DNA of 64,000 nucleotides from contig JAYFMW010000008.1 in assembly GCA_042408215.1 (NCBI GenBank), positions 192,001-256,000 of the forward strand, given 5' to 3'. The translations under genes and the position numbers were made by a program. Below are positions 10,168-21,584 of the stretch, piece by piece (position 1 is the first letter of the stretch; each line of letters opens with the position of its first letter). The stretch comes from Microcoleus sp. (GTDB lineage Bacteria; Cyanobacteriota; Cyanobacteriia; Cyanobacteriales; Microcoleaceae). The notes under the pieces are model-generated. The model saw nothing but the letters and a program-made list of their open reading frames with translations, was not told where the DNA came from and did not search any database.

Positions 10168-13100
10168 AATCCTGTGATAGTAAAGGCAGCCCAGTAGTAG
10201 GGATGCTGATAGGGTGGGTATAATTCTATTGTAGCCAATGCTAGGCGATCGGTTTCCAAAGAATCGATTAAGGTAATTTCAACTTCAGAAAGTTCGGGGC
10301 TGTTTGCGGAAATATTGTCAATTTCCCCTTGATACCAGGCGGCTAAATCCTCGCAGGTGGCTTCTCGCAGCCATTTTTGAGCATTTGCTAAAGCCACGGG
10401 TAGAGAATCGCCGGCTTCTCGCCACCGTTGGTAAAAATAAATCATTAATAACGCACTCGCACCGGATTCTACAGGCCACAGGGTACTGACGACACAGCCA
10501 ACTCCGGCGCGCATAAAACCGCTAGTCAATCCTACATATTCGGCGAGAATTGTTTGTTTGTCTGTCAAGGCGGTTTCGCAGGCGGGAAGGCAGATTAATT
10601 GGTAGTGACTGAGGTCATGTTTGATAATTTCTCTGACTGTTAATCGGTGGGTGTTGCTTAAGTATAAAGTCGATTCTAGGGGGGTCTCAAAATTATAGCT
10701 GCCGTGGCCCGTAAAGTGAAAAATATTGTGTGCTTGTTGCAACAATGTTTCGACTTCATCGAGGGTGGCTGCGTCTTCTTCGAGTCGGGTGGAATTGTCG
10801 AACATTCGGCAAATCATTTCCGATTCGATTTCGGCGGCGGGGAGAGGGGCGAGTCTTTTTTGTTGGCCGTTTTTATCGGTAATTACGCTGTGGGGATTTT
10901 CGATACTGAGGATGGCCAGATCCCCCCTAGCCCCCCTTCTTAAGGGGGGGACCGGAGTGTTCAAAGTTTCGCTTTGTGAGGGAGGAATCTGTTCATTCAA
11001 AGTCCCCCTTCTTAAGGGGGATTTAGGGGGATCTGAACTTGGAGGTAAGTCAGAGATTTCGGGTGGGTTTTCAATGCTTTGATCCCCCCTAGCCCCCCTT
11101 AAGAAGGGGGGGACTGGAGTGTTCAATGTCTCGGTTTGTGAGGGGGAGATTAGAGTATTCTCTTTAGCCCCCCCTTAGCAAGGGGGGGTTGGGGGGGTAG
11201 GAGCCCAGGAGGTAGTCGAGGATTTAGGTGGATCTAGATTTGGAGGTAAGTCAGAGATTTCGGGTGGGTTTTCAATGCTTTGATCCCCCCTAGCCCCCCT
11301 TAAGAAGGGGGGGACTGGAGTGTTCAATGTCTCGGTTTGTGAGGGGGAGATTAGAGTATTCTCTTTAGCCCCCCCTTAGCAAGGGGGGGGTTGGGGGGGT
11401 AGGAGCCCAGGAGGTAGTCGAGGATTTAGGTGGATCTAGATTTGGAGGTAAGTCAGAGATTTCGGGTGGGTTTTCAATGCTTTGATCCCCCCTAGCCCCC
11501 CTTAAGAAGGGGGGGACTGGAGTGTTCAATGTCTCGGTTTGTGAGGGGGAGATTAGAGTATTCTCTTTAGCCCCCCCTTAGCAAGGGGGGGGTTGGGGGG
11601 GTAGGAGCCCAGGAGGTAGTCGAGGATTTAGGTGGATCTAGATTTGGAGGTAAGTCAGAGATTTCGGCTGGGTTTTCAATGCTTTGATCCCCCCTAACCC
11701 CCCTTAAGAAGGGGGGAACTGGAGAGTTCAAAGTCTCGCTGGTTAAAGGAGGAATCTGTTCTTTCAAAGTCCCCCTTCTTAAGGGGGATTTAGGGGGATC
11801 TGAACTTGGAGATAAACGAGAGATTCCGCTAAACCGATGTTGCAAACTAAGCCCAACGGCCGCGCTAGGCAAATAACTAACCACAAAATCCCGACTAAAC
11901 AAAGCATGAATCGGGAAGCGGTGCAAGTCCCGGTGCGGAATCAAAATTAACTCAGTAATCCCCTCTAATTGCTGTTCAATATCATCAATTTTCAGAATTG
12001 CATTGAGTCGGGCAAATTTACTTGCCATTCCCCCGCGCCAAGGATGATTTTGTTGACCTTCTTTCTCCTTAGATTGATAATCTGTATATTCTTTATTCCA
12101 CTCCTTAACCCATTTTTTAAGTTCATCTGGAGAATCGCTGAAACAGGTTTCTGGAGACAACAAACCGTCGGATTTAATGATAAATGTTGTCAGGGATGCG
12201 TCGCTGAGATGCCAGTAAATCGCGGCTGTTTTGGGATTGAGAAGTTGCTGAATTTGGGCGTGAGTGACTGTCTCTTCTGTTTCGTAATCGGGAATTGGCA
12301 AGGCATCCAGCAGCCAAGATAGGCAGACATTTTTGTCTGTTTCTGCTGTGGCTAAGGCTTCGGCAAATTGCCCGTATTGGATGAATATATTTACGGTTAA
12401 TTGTTCAAAGCTAACTAATTTGTCGGTGAGTTGCTGTTGGGTGAGTTGGGAATATTTTTGCTTCAGTAAGCGTTGCAATAAATCGGTGGCATCTCGCTGT
12501 AATTTATTGGCTTTGTCAGTTTGTTTTAAGCTGACTAAGGTTTTGATTAATTTCTGCAATACTTGTAGATGCAGTTGGAGGAAAGTATCTGGTGTTAGAG
12601 TTTTGAGGGCTTCTTTGTAGCTGGTGGCGGCTTTATTCCAATAGGTGTTGGGAGAATTGAGTTGTCCGCGACTATAATGAGCATCTCCTAGTGCTCGATG
12701 CAGTTTTCCATATCCTTCGGGGTGGGTATTTTCTCGGCAATATTCTCAGCCTGTTTTTAATGTTAATACTTGTCCTTCATAGCCGCGCTGTGTCAGTTTG
12801 TGAGTTATGAGAGTTCTGGTTACTGGTGGAGATTTAGGGAATTGTAGCTGTAAGATTTCATAAACTAGCTGGTTATATCCAGATGCGTTGCTGACTGCAT
12901 TACTTCGATTAATCCATGATATGCGATCGTTTGGTTCAATTTCTAAAGATTTATCGAAGGAGGCGATCGCCTCTTCATATCTTTTTAAATCATCGCAAAG
13001 TATAGCACCCCGATCATTCCAAGCTGTGTCATTATCTGGATTAGATTTTAAGGCTTTATCATAGGAGGCAATCGCTTCTTCTAATCTTCCTAACTTACGC

Positions 13101-13903
13101 ATTACAGGGCTTAGGTTGAAGCAGGCTGCTTCATTATCTGGTTTTAATTTTAAGGATTTGTCGAAGGATGCTATCGCTTCTAATAATCGACCTAATTGAT
13201 GCAGTACAAGGCCACGATTGTTCAAGAATTCATAATCATCCGATTTCAATTCTAATGCTTGATCTAAGGATGCGATCGCCCCTTCAAAATCTCCTTTGAT
13301 ATATTGCTCTCTAGCTCGATCGCACCAAGCCTCAGCCTCTCCATCAAAATCCTCACCCCCCTCATCCGAAACTAGCGGAAACTCAACCAAAATCTCCCTA
13401 CCAACATTCCCCGCCACCTCTCCCAATTCCCCACCCGCAACTCTACCCAACAACTCCAACCTGCGCGCCAATTCCCGAAGCGATACCACCGCATCCGTAG
13501 GGGCGGTGCCCCCGTGCCCGCCCTCTGTACTCCCCTGCGCGCCCTCCAACAATCGCACCCCAAACCTCCGCAACCAAGCCGCCAAATCACCATTTTTAAT
13601 CCGTTTTGCGATTAAGAATTCCGCAACATCGCCTCTTCCCCAGCCCTGATTCACCCCTTCGAGAAGTTCCATCAACTTCGCCTCGTATTCCGCATCTGTC
13701 AAAGTTGGAGGAACCCCCCTCAGTCCCCCCTTGGTAAGGGGGGAAGCAAGATTTGTTTCCCCTTTACCAAGGGGGGAGGCAAGATTTTCTTTCTTGTCCC
13801 CCCCCTTACCAAGGGGGGGCCAGGGGGGGTTAAAATACTGAGTATAAGCGCACAAAATCCGCTGAATTAATTGTTTGAGGAATCGCCAGATTTTATCTAA
13901 CAT
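10164..13903 (-). pseudogene. TPR + CHAT (caspase-like) protease gene, interrupted
   Basis: TPRs in ORF 12746-13903; in-frame TGA at 12748-12746 (LKTG*EYCRENTHPEGYG) reads on into ORF 11567-12559 (LILIPHRDLHRFPIH); stops and frameshifts in the repeat block ~11040-11700; CHAT core in 10164-11126 (HFTGHG, LPACETA, HPYYWAAF). Confidence 0.85.
10915..11810. repeat. Expanded array of CCCCCTT..AAGGGGG palindromic units, including three ~201-202-bp tandem copies, inside the CHAT domain
   Basis: TTTAGCCCCCCCTTAGCAAG(7-8)TT at 11163, 11364 and 11566; copies differ by one G. Confidence 0.9.
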
Positions 13904-14136
13904 TGGTGAGATGGTGAGGCGGTTGGTTTTTGTTATTGTAGCAGGAATTGTGGGGATTGGTTATCGCCTCGATCACCCGGCGGTTGAAACCGCGTCTACA
14001 CAAACAATGTCCGCCTCCGCGGACTAAGAGATCGGAGATATTTTAGTTATTCTCCCAACCCAAAACAAAAAAAATGCTATAATATCAACTTTAACTCCTA
14101 AACTTGTCCCGCAACCAAAGAACAAAGGAAAATAAT

Positions 14137-14511
14137 ATGGTCGTTATTACATCCCAAGAAATTGCCCTATTTCGCTCCGAATTAGCCGCCTATCCCTCAG
14201 CATTGAAAGCCCTCGATGAAATCGAAGATTGCGAGGGAAACATTGAGGATGCAGCGATATCTCTGGCAATTCAAGCCGGACAAGAACCGAATATCTCGGA
14301 AAATTGGTTAGACGGATTAGCCAAAAGATGCCGCGTTGCTATCTGCAAATCAGAGTTAAAAGCAGATTTGAAAAATGGGGGATTGAATGCGGCTTTCGGA
14401 GATTTAGTTGCTGCAAAGGTTTGCCCGGAGATTTTGATAACTGCGGTGATTATTTATGTGTTTAAGACTGGGGTGAATGAGTTTTGTGAGCCTCTCGAAT
14501 ATAAACTTTAA
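14137..14511 (+). CDS. Hypothetical protein
   Basis: ORF 14104-14511; ATG at 14137 follows AAGGA. Confidence 0.7.
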   Translation: MVVITSQEIALFRSELAAYPSALKALDEIEDCEGNIEDAAISLAIQAGQEPNISENWLDGLAKRCRVAICKSELKADLKNGGLNAAFGDLVAAKVCPEILITAVIIYVFKTGVNEFCEPLEYKL

Positions 14512-14524
14512 AGCTATATTAGTG

Positions 14525-14890
14525 GGTGGCCAGAAACCGGGTTTTTACCAACCTACTTTGTCACACCACCCAAAAATCACAAAAAACCCGGTTTCTTAGA
14601 TTCCCGGTTTCTTAGATTCTGTGGGTGGCCAGAAACCGGGTTTTTACGAACATACTTCGTTACACCACGAAAAAATCGGGTTTCGACACTTCGGCTTCGC
14701 TCAGTGCAACGCTTCGCTCAACCACCCGGTTTCTTTGGTTTTGAAGAGTGTTTTTAAAGTCACTCCTACTCCAATTAGACTTTCGATCCCCCCTAACCCC
14801 CCCTTAAGAAGGGGGGGACAAGAGTGTTCTCAAAGTCAACCCCTACTCACACCCTACTCCCTTCTTAAGGGGGATTTAGGGGGATCTAGA
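14525..14890. repeat. Cluster of dispersed palindromic repeats (GAAACCGGGTTT...AAACCCGGTTTC and CCCCCTT..AAGGGGG families)
   Basis: Two copies of GTGGGTGGCCAGAAACCGGGTTTTTAC plus paired CCCCC/GGGGG units. Confidence 0.8.
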
Positions 14891-14930
14891 CTTGACAACA
14901 AGCGACATTCATTAAACGAGAATACACAAA

Positions 14931-16154
14931 ATGCAAATAGGATTATTTTTAGGAAATCTCGGAAATCCGGTAATCTATTATCCAAAATTAGCCAAGATTA
15001 CCGGCGGTGTCACAGCCAGTATTTTTCTGTGCCAATTATTTCAATGGCAATCTCAACTTGCCAATTCCGAGAATTGGGTGCAAACTAACACCGCTGAAAT
15101 TGAAAAAGCTACTGGTTTAAATCCCGAAGAACAGGAATTGGCGAGACAGCAACTAAAAGGTAGATTTCTCCTGAAAGAAAAACTACCAAATCCTCCAGCC
15201 GACACCATAGAACTTTGGGCTGAATTTGATGCTTTCGAGGAAAAAATCAATAATTATTTTACAGCCAATTCTGACCATATCATAACACAAACCCTCCCCA
15301 AAAGCCTCAATTATCCTGTAGAAATAGTTGCTGATAATTCCCCATCAAATCCTAGCATTAAAACAGACAATTTTTTCGGTCAACCCCGCCCCAAAATAGC
15401 CGTTGCTGTCACCCCAAATTACCGATTTAGCGGCCCTTGGAACTCCCAAGAACAATTGCACAATTTTCAACGAGCCTTAGAAGCCTATGCTCAAGAACGT
15501 AATCTAGGTTTTGGCAATCCTTCGGGATGGGCATTTAAAATTATTGATAGCATCACAAAGGGCTTAGCCTCGACTTTTTGGGATGAATTTATTGCCGGCA
15601 TTCCTTTAGGAGAAAGTCAGAAAGTTCAGCGAGATTGGGAAATAGCACCAGAAGTGCCTTATCCGGCTTTTGAAGAGGAGCGAATTCAGTATTACGTCCA
15701 CAAAGGAGAACCGCTGGAAGCAGCAGTATCTAAGGCTCGTGCTGACTTGAGAAATCCTGTTTTGGGTAAAGATTTGTGGGAGGGTTTTTTGCGAAAGTGC
15801 GATCGCCTTGCTGATGATGCACTCAAAGCCAAAAACCAGGGCGTTGATACCCCATATTTGCCGTCTTCCTTCAACGAAAAACCGCAAATCACCAAGGATA
15901 GCGTTATGCGGAAATTAGGGGCGATCGCGCCGCAATTTGCCCTCAATCAATCGACATCTGACGCGATTCCAGCGCCGCCGAAACTTGAACAAACAGCATC
16001 GCCAACCCCCGCCGAAATTCCCAGTATTTCTGCTTTGCAAAAAGCTTACAAAACCCCTCTCGGTCGAAGTATAATTGAAACACAAATCGCTGCCAATCCA
16101 GAATGGGGATACGAAATAGTTGACGATGAAATAGTAGAATCAATCCCTTTTTAG
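14931..16154 (+). CDS. Hypothetical protein with an N-terminal winged helix resembling phage-type replication proteins
   Basis: PVIYYPKLAKITGGVTASIFLCQLFQW...EIEKATGL..EEQELARQQLK; 407 aa. Confidence 0.6.
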   Translation: MQIGLFLGNLGNPVIYYPKLAKITGGVTASIFLCQLFQWQSQLANSENWVQTNTAEIEKATGLNPEEQELARQQLKGRFLLKEKLPNPPADTIELWAEFDAFEEKINNYFTANSDHIITQTLPKSLNYPVEIVADNSPSNPSIKTDNFFGQPRPKIAVAVTPNYRFSGPWNSQEQLHNFQRALEAYAQERNLGFGNPSGWAFKIIDSITKGLASTFWDEFIAGIPLGESQKVQRDWEIAPEVPYPAFEEERIQYYVHKGEPLEAAVSKARADLRNPVLGKDLWEGFLRKCDRLADDALKAKNQGVDTPYLPSSFNEKPQITKDSVMRKLGAIAPQFALNQSTSDAIPAPPKLEQTASPTPAEIPSISALQKAYKTPLGRSIIETQIAANPEWGYEIVDDEIVESIPF

Positions 16155-16163
16155 GAGGCGAAT

Positions 16164-16397
16164 ATGAAACGAATTAGCGAGATTAATCCCTTGGGGGAAG
16201 AGCGCCAGAATCCTTCGGAGGAAGAGAGAGAAAAACTGCGGCGGGAAAGGTTGCAGCGAGAGAAAGATGAGGGATATCAAATGTTAGTTGAACTTTGCAA
16301 TTTGGGCGAATATGATATGGCCCAGCAGTTGGCAAATCGAAACTTTAATTGGCGTTATGAAATAGTTGATGGGATTGTGATGGAAACAATAGATTAG
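16164..16397 (+). CDS. Small hypothetical protein
   Basis: Strong SD (AGGAGG) before the ATG; C-terminus resembles that of the upstream protein. Confidence 0.75.
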   Translation: MKRISEINPLGEERQNPSEEEREKLRRERLQREKDEGYQMLVELCNLGEYDMAQQLANRNFNWRYEIVDGIVMETID

Positions 16398-16429
16398 ATT
16401 TGTAGTAAATAGGCACCAATGTCAATAAC

Positions 16430-16735
16430 CCTGTAGGGGCGGGTTCGCCAATAATATCTAACTCTCGCTAACAATCTATATAAACCCGCCCCCCACCACT
16501 AATAAACCACATCAACCTTAAATTTGCATTAAATGCTAAGATGTAGGCGCTGATTTTTCCTTGGGTGGGGGCGGGTTTGATAGATTGTAAATGCTAGGCA
16601 ATTATTGTTTGTAAAACCCGCCCCTACGAGCAAATTATACAATCCCAAAAATAGTTGGGTGGGGGTGGGTTTGATAGATTGTAAATGCTAGGCAATTATT
16701 GTTTGTAAAACCCGCCCCTACGAGCAAATTATACA
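16430..16735. repeat. Three REP-like GGGCGGGTT...AAACCCGCCC palindromes, the last two a near-tandem duplication
   Basis: Same family recurs at ~7365-7405 and ~23600-23665. Confidence 0.8.
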
Positions 16736-16737
16736 AG

Positions 16738-16769
16738 AAAAAAAAGAGGCGGGGAATTTTTCCCGCCTC
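16738..16769 (-). terminator. Rho-independent terminator of rbcLXS
   Basis: GAGGCGGG/CCCGCCTC stem followed on the minus strand by a T run, ~50 nt after the rbcS stop. Confidence 0.75.
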
Positions 16770-16820
16770 CAATTAGCAATGACTGTTAACCTAAAAATTA
16801 GATTGGCCAGCCAATACTTT

Positions 16821-17156
16821 TTAGTAGCCTCTGGTGTTAGGCTTGTGGACGATGAAGCTGAGCACTTGGCATTGCTTCACGTTGTCAAAACCCATGACGC
16901 GGATGTAGCAACCAGGATTTTCTTGGCGGCAAGCTTGCACTTCTACCATGATTTCTTGGACGCTGCGAGCACCAAATAAAGGCAACTTCCACAGAGTCCA
17001 ATAGCGCATTTCAGCGGCTGAGGTTTCGTTGAATTCTACGCCGGGAATGTAGCCTTGATCCAAGATGTATTGCAGTTGCTTGGCGATTTGCGCGTCTGTC
17101 AGCGGGGGTAAATAGGACAGAGTTTCGTAACGACGCTCTTTAGGTAAAGTTCTCAT
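16821..17156 (-). CDS. rbcS: RuBisCO small subunit
   Basis: [31 protein letters not shown]. Confidence 0.99.
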   Translation of the reverse strand: MRTLPKERRYETLSYLPPLTDAQIAKQLQYILDQGYIPGVEFNETSAAEMRYWTLWKLPLFGARSVQEIMVEVQACRQENPGCYIRVMGFDNVKQCQVLSFIVHKPNTRGY

Positions 17157-17203
17157 TTTTTGTATCTCTAAGGTGTGTGTTCGATTCGCACTCGTGCGAT
17201 CGA

Positions 17204-17617
17204 TTAACTCGACAAATTATCTAGATTCGGTTCAGAATCTATTGAGGATGTTTCAGGATTACTGCTAGCCACAGACCAATTAAGCTGCGTAATTCGCTCT
17301 AAATGCTGGCGTCTGTGTTCCATATTAGACTGTTGAATTCCAGTGCGAACCATTTCCGGCAAAAATTCTGTCACATCATGGGCCAGATATTCTCGCACAG
17401 TCATGATCCGAAATCCTAAATCTTGATTTTCCAATAGCAACTCTCGAATGTATAATTCTCCATCCTGGATTTTGCCCTTCGTGGAAAATTCATTCAACCA
17501 GATTGCCAGAGGAGGATTGGTTTCGCTCAATTGAGCGATCGCAATCCGCACGGATTGATAGGTTAGGTAACTTGCCAGCACCTTAGCGGTGTCTTTCGCA
17601 ACTTGTTTGAGATCCAT
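17204..17617 (-). CDS. rbcX: RuBisCO assembly chaperone RbcX
   Basis: [21 protein letters not shown]; lies between rbcL and rbcS. Confidence 0.98.
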   Translation of the reverse strand: MDLKQVAKDTAKVLASYLTYQSVRIAIAQLSETNPPLAIWLNEFSTKGKIQDGELYIRELLLENQDLGFRIMTVREYLAHDVTEFLPEMVRTGIQQSNMEHRRQHLERITQLNWSVASSNPETSSIDSEPNLDNLSS

Positions 17618-17752
17618 TTTTGACCCCAGCCCTTAAGAGTTTTAGATTGTGATTTTAGATTTTGGATGCAAACTTACTTGTAAATCTTCTTCTAAGATAA
17701 AGACATAACAGCAAGTTTGCTACCTAAAACCTAAAATCTCAAACCCAAATCA

Positions 17753-19183
17753 TCAAACGGTATCCATTGCTTCATACTCGAACTTGATTTCTTTCCAAAG
17801 TTCGCAAGCAACAGCCAATTCAGGGCTCCATTTGCAAGCTTCGCGAATGATGTCTCCGCCTTCGCGCATCAAGTTGCGGCCTTCGTTACGAGCTTGGACG
17901 CAAGCTTCCAAAGCAACGCGGTTAGCTGTTGCACCAGGTGCATTACCCCAAGGGTGGCCCAAGGTGCCGCCGCCGAACTGCAAGCAGGAGTCGTCGCCGA
18001 AGATTTCAACCAAGGCTGGCATGTGCCAGATGTGGATACCACCGGAAGCAACTGGCATGACACCAGGCATGGAGGCCCAATCTTGGGTGAAGTAGATACC
18101 GCGAGCGCGGTCTTGTTCGATGTGGTCTTCGCGCATCAAGTCTACGAAGCCCATCGTGATGCCTTTTTCGCCTTCGAGTTTGCCCACAACTGTACCGGAG
18201 TGCAGGTGGTCGCCGCCGGACATCCGCAAGCACTTGGCAAGCACGCGGAAGTGGATACCGTGGTTCTTTTGGCGATCGATCACGGCGTGCATGGCGCGGT
18301 GAATGTGCAACAGAATACCGTTTTTGCGGCACCATTTGGCCAAGCTGGTGTTTGCAGTGAAACCACCGGTGAGGTAGTCGTGCATGATGATGGGGGTTTT
18401 GATTTCTTTGGCGAATTCAGCCCGTTCCATCATTTCTTCAAAGGTAGGGGCAGTTACGTTGAGGTAGTGACCCTTGACTTCGCCAGTTTCTGCTTGAGCT
18501 TTTTCAATAGCTTCTTGAACGAACAAGAAACGATCGCGCCAGCGCATGAATGGTTGGGAGTTGATGTTTTCGTCGTCTTTGGTGAAGTCCAAACCGCCGC
18601 GTAGAACTTCGTAAACGGCACGGCCGTAGTTCTTAGCAGACAGACCCAATTTGGGCTTAATTGTACAACCGAGCAAAGGACGGCCGTACTTGTTCAATTT
18701 GTCGCGCTCAACGGTGATACCGTGAGGAGGACCTTGGAAGGTTTTGAGGTAAGCAATGGGAATCCGCAAGTCTTCCAACCGCAGAGCACGCAGAGCTTTG
18801 AAACCAAACACGTTACCGACCAAAGAGGTCAGCAGGTTGGTGACGGAACCTTCTTCAAACAAATCCAAAGGATAAGCGATGAAGCAGATATATTGGTTGT
18901 CTTCGCCGGGGACTGGCTCGATGTCGTAGCAACGGCCTTTGTAGCGATCGAGGTCGGTCAGGAGGTCAGTCCACACTGTTGTCCAAGTACCGGTGGAAGA
19001 TTCAGCAGCCACAGCAGCGCCGGCTTCTTCTGGGGGAACTCCCGGTTGTGGAGTTACGCGGAAAGCCGCCAAAATATCTGTATCTTTCGGGGTGTAGTCC
19101 GGCGTGTAATACGTTAGTTTATAGTCTTGAACTCCGGCTTTATACCCAGCCTTGGATTGAGTTTGGGTTTGCGCGTAAGCCAT
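17753..19183 (-). CDS. rbcL: RuBisCO large subunit (form IB)
   Basis: [31 protein letters not shown]. Confidence 0.99.
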   Translation of the reverse strand: MAYAQTQTQSKAGYKAGVQDYKLTYYTPDYTPKDTDILAAFRVTPQPGVPPEEAGAAVAAESSTGTWTTVWTDLLTDLDRYKGRCYDIEPVPGEDNQYICFIAYPLDLFEEGSVTNLLTSLVGNVFGFKALRALRLEDLRIPIAYLKTFQGPPHGITVERDKLNKYGRPLLGCTIKPKLGLSAKNYGRAVYEVLRGGLDFTKDDENINSQPFMRWRDRFLFVQEAIEKAQAETGEVKGHYLNVTAPTFEEMMERAEFAKEIKTPIIMHDYLTGGFTANTSLAKWCRKNGILLHIHRAMHAVIDRQKNHGIHFRVLAKCLRMSGGDHLHSGTVVGKLEGEKGITMGFVDLMREDHIEQDRARGIYFTQDWASMPGVMPVASGGIHIWHMPALVEIFGDDSCLQFGGGTLGHPWGNAPGATANRVALEACVQARNEGRNLMREGGDIIREACKWSPELAVACELWKEIKFEYEAMDTV

Positions 19184-19807
19184 ATCTCGCTTCCTAGTAT
19201 TCGCTTAATTTTTTGGCCTGATGGCAGGCTCTTAAAAATATATCAATAAAGTGACACTCTGAAATTTTAATATTCTTTTAATCATCATAAGTATTATTTA
19301 TTTAAATTTACATCTGGATAAAAATCGTAACATTTCTTATCAAACATAAGGCACGAAGGATGCAGGGGGAATAGCTGGGGATCGTAAAAGAAGGAAGAGG
19401 GAAGGGAAGGGGAAATTAGTAATAAATACTTAGTTTTATGGTTTTTGGTGGCGATCGAGCTTGTGCGATCGGTATGCAGTAAGTTCACTAAAATTGTCAG
19501 GAGATAGGCTTTGCCTATGTGTCATTCTGAGCGTTGCGAATGACAGAATGCGTAAGTCCTGATTGTATTACTCCGTTCCTTCAGACAAGAAAGATCGGCT
19601 AAAAATTCCCCTCTCCCCATTTCTCCCCGATTCCCCCAAGTCAAAAACCGACACCATAGCACATAATATGGACAGGACTTGCGCCGTCGCCCCGTGTTTC
19701 TCAACCCAAAAGCCTGATTACAGCAATTTAACCGGGGGGTCAACCCGGTTTACTCAGTAGCTGCGCGTAAGTCGTAATGGATATTTAGTCCCATTTCTAC
19801 TCTGGTT

Positions 19808-21565
19808 GTGCCTCACCCCCATTCAAAAGCCGTCCACTGCATCAATCCAGATTGCCCAAAGCCTTACCCTCAGACTTGGGGCAACAATTTTTGTCAGAGT
19901 TGCGGGGGGCCGCTGCGGCTGAAAAATCGCTACGTGCCGCTAGAAGGTTTGGGCACAGGCGGTTTTGCAGCTATCTACACTGTTTGGGATACAGAATCTC
20001 AAACCGAGCGGGTCCTCAAAGTATTGCTGGAAACTTCCCCGAAAGCGCTGAAATTGTTCGAGCAAGAAGCCTGGGTTTTAGCGCTTTTGCGACATCCGGG
20101 TGTCCCTAGAGTCGAGCCTGACGGTTATTTTCATGTGCAAATGCCAAATTTTGCTCTGAGCGAGGGAAGTGCTGCGGCGCGGCGGCTTCCTTGTTTGGTA
20201 ATGGAAAAAATTCACGGCAAAACTTTGGAAGAAGTTCTGGATGAGCACCCTCAAGGTTGTCCGCAGGAATGGGTTTTGAGTTGGCTGAGTCAAGCTGTGG
20301 AAATTTTAGAGGAGTTGCACAGGTGCCAGATTATTCACCGGGATATTAAACCCTCAAATTTGATGCTGCGGAATTCGCCATCGCCACAACTTTTACTGGC
20401 TAAGGGTTTGGGTGGATTGGAATTGGTGACGATCGACTTTGGGGGAGTTAAAAAAATTGGCGGTGTCGAACCGGTGGGGAAAGATTCTCCGAGTTCGACG
20501 CGGTTGATTTCCCCTGGGTACAGCCCGCCGGAGCAAATTTTTGGGGGCGGTGTGGGGCCGGCTACGGATTTTTATGCTCTTGGCCGCACTTGCATTCACT
20601 TGCTGACGGGGAAGTATCCGGCCCAAATTGAAGATCCGATGACGGGGGAGTTGCGGTGGCGCCACATATCGCCGATCGCCCCGGCTTTTGCTAATTTGTT
20701 GGATGATATGGTGCGATCGGACGTGCAGCATCGTCCGGCGACGGCTGGGGATGTTCGCCAACGTCTGAGGAAGATTTCTGCCCGGAATCAGGGACAAATT
20801 TCGTTAGCCCCAATCGGTCAAGCTATTTTAAAATTCTGTCGGGAAATATTGGTGGTGGGGGCGCAAAAAACTGTTAGCCTGACTGGTTTTGTGTTTGGGG
20901 CGATCGCCCAAATTGTGGTAGCTTCTCTGGATACGGGCTGGGAAATGGTGCTCGGTGGGATTGGGGGAAGTGCGGGGGCGATCGGCGGTTTGGTTTTGGG
21001 CTATGCTTCGCCTATAGGCCCGGAAATTGCCAGTTTTTTGAATGAAGGTTTGCATCAATTAATTCCTAACATGACTTTCGCTGTGGGGCCGGAGGTGCTA
21101 CTGTTTGGATTTGCGGGGTTGGGAACTGCGATCGGTTTGACTGATGCGGGTGGTTTTCGCCAACAAAAACAGTATTGGCTATCTGGATTAATGGGAGTTC
21201 AAGGCTATTTATTAGCTGGTTTGTGCTGGTTGGAAGCAACAACTTCTAGTGACGTGCAGGGGATTATTTTGGGTGCTTTTGCGATCGCCACTTTAACGAT
21301 CGGAATGGGTTTGCGGAGTCACCAATTGGTGCACGCTTTGGTGGTGGCTGTTTGTTCTACGGGAGTGTTTTTGTTTCTGAATGCTTTGAGCATTTTTCCT
21401 GGGAGTTTCTTGGAGAGTTTTGCGTCGTCTTACGCTGTACTCGGTTGGCTGCAAGTTTGGGGGGCTGTGGCGTTTTTTGGTTTGTTGGGAAGTGCGATCG
21501 GGCTTTGTTTGGGAGTCAGTCATTATTTGGTTGTGCCTTTGTTAAGGTGGTTGGGTTGGAAGTAG
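19808..21565 (+). CDS. Hanks-type Ser/Thr kinase with N-terminal 4-Cys zinc ribbon and multi-pass membrane C-terminus
   Basis: CINPDC...FCQSCG, LGTGGFA, HRDIKPSN, IDFG, SPPEQ; hydrophobic C-terminal half. Confidence 0.92.
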   Translation: MPHPHSKAVHCINPDCPKPYPQTWGNNFCQSCGGPLRLKNRYVPLEGLGTGGFAAIYTVWDTESQTERVLKVLLETSPKALKLFEQEAWVLALLRHPGVPRVEPDGYFHVQMPNFALSEGSAAARRLPCLVMEKIHGKTLEEVLDEHPQGCPQEWVLSWLSQAVEILEELHRCQIIHRDIKPSNLMLRNSPSPQLLLAKGLGGLELVTIDFGGVKKIGGVEPVGKDSPSSTRLISPGYSPPEQIFGGGVGPATDFYALGRTCIHLLTGKYPAQIEDPMTGELRWRHISPIAPAFANLLDDMVRSDVQHRPATAGDVRQRLRKISARNQGQISLAPIGQAILKFCREILVVGAQKTVSLTGFVFGAIAQIVVASLDTGWEMVLGGIGGSAGAIGGLVLGYASPIGPEIASFLNEGLHQLIPNMTFAVGPEVLLFGFAGLGTAIGLTDAGGFRQQKQYWLSGLMGVQGYLLAGLCWLEATTSSDVQGIILGAFAIATLTIGMGLRSHQLVHALVVAVCSTGVFLFLNALSIFPGSFLESFASSYAVLGWLQVWGAVAFFGLLGSAIGLCLGVSHYLVVPLLRWLGWK

Positions 21566-21584
21566 GAATTAATCCCAAATCACT

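Noticed and set aside
14931..16397. Prophage or integrated plasmid
   Set aside because: No integrase, structural or partition genes nearby.
17784..19197. Long antisense ORFs over rbcL
   Set aside because: Expected from strong codon bias; no recognisable motifs.
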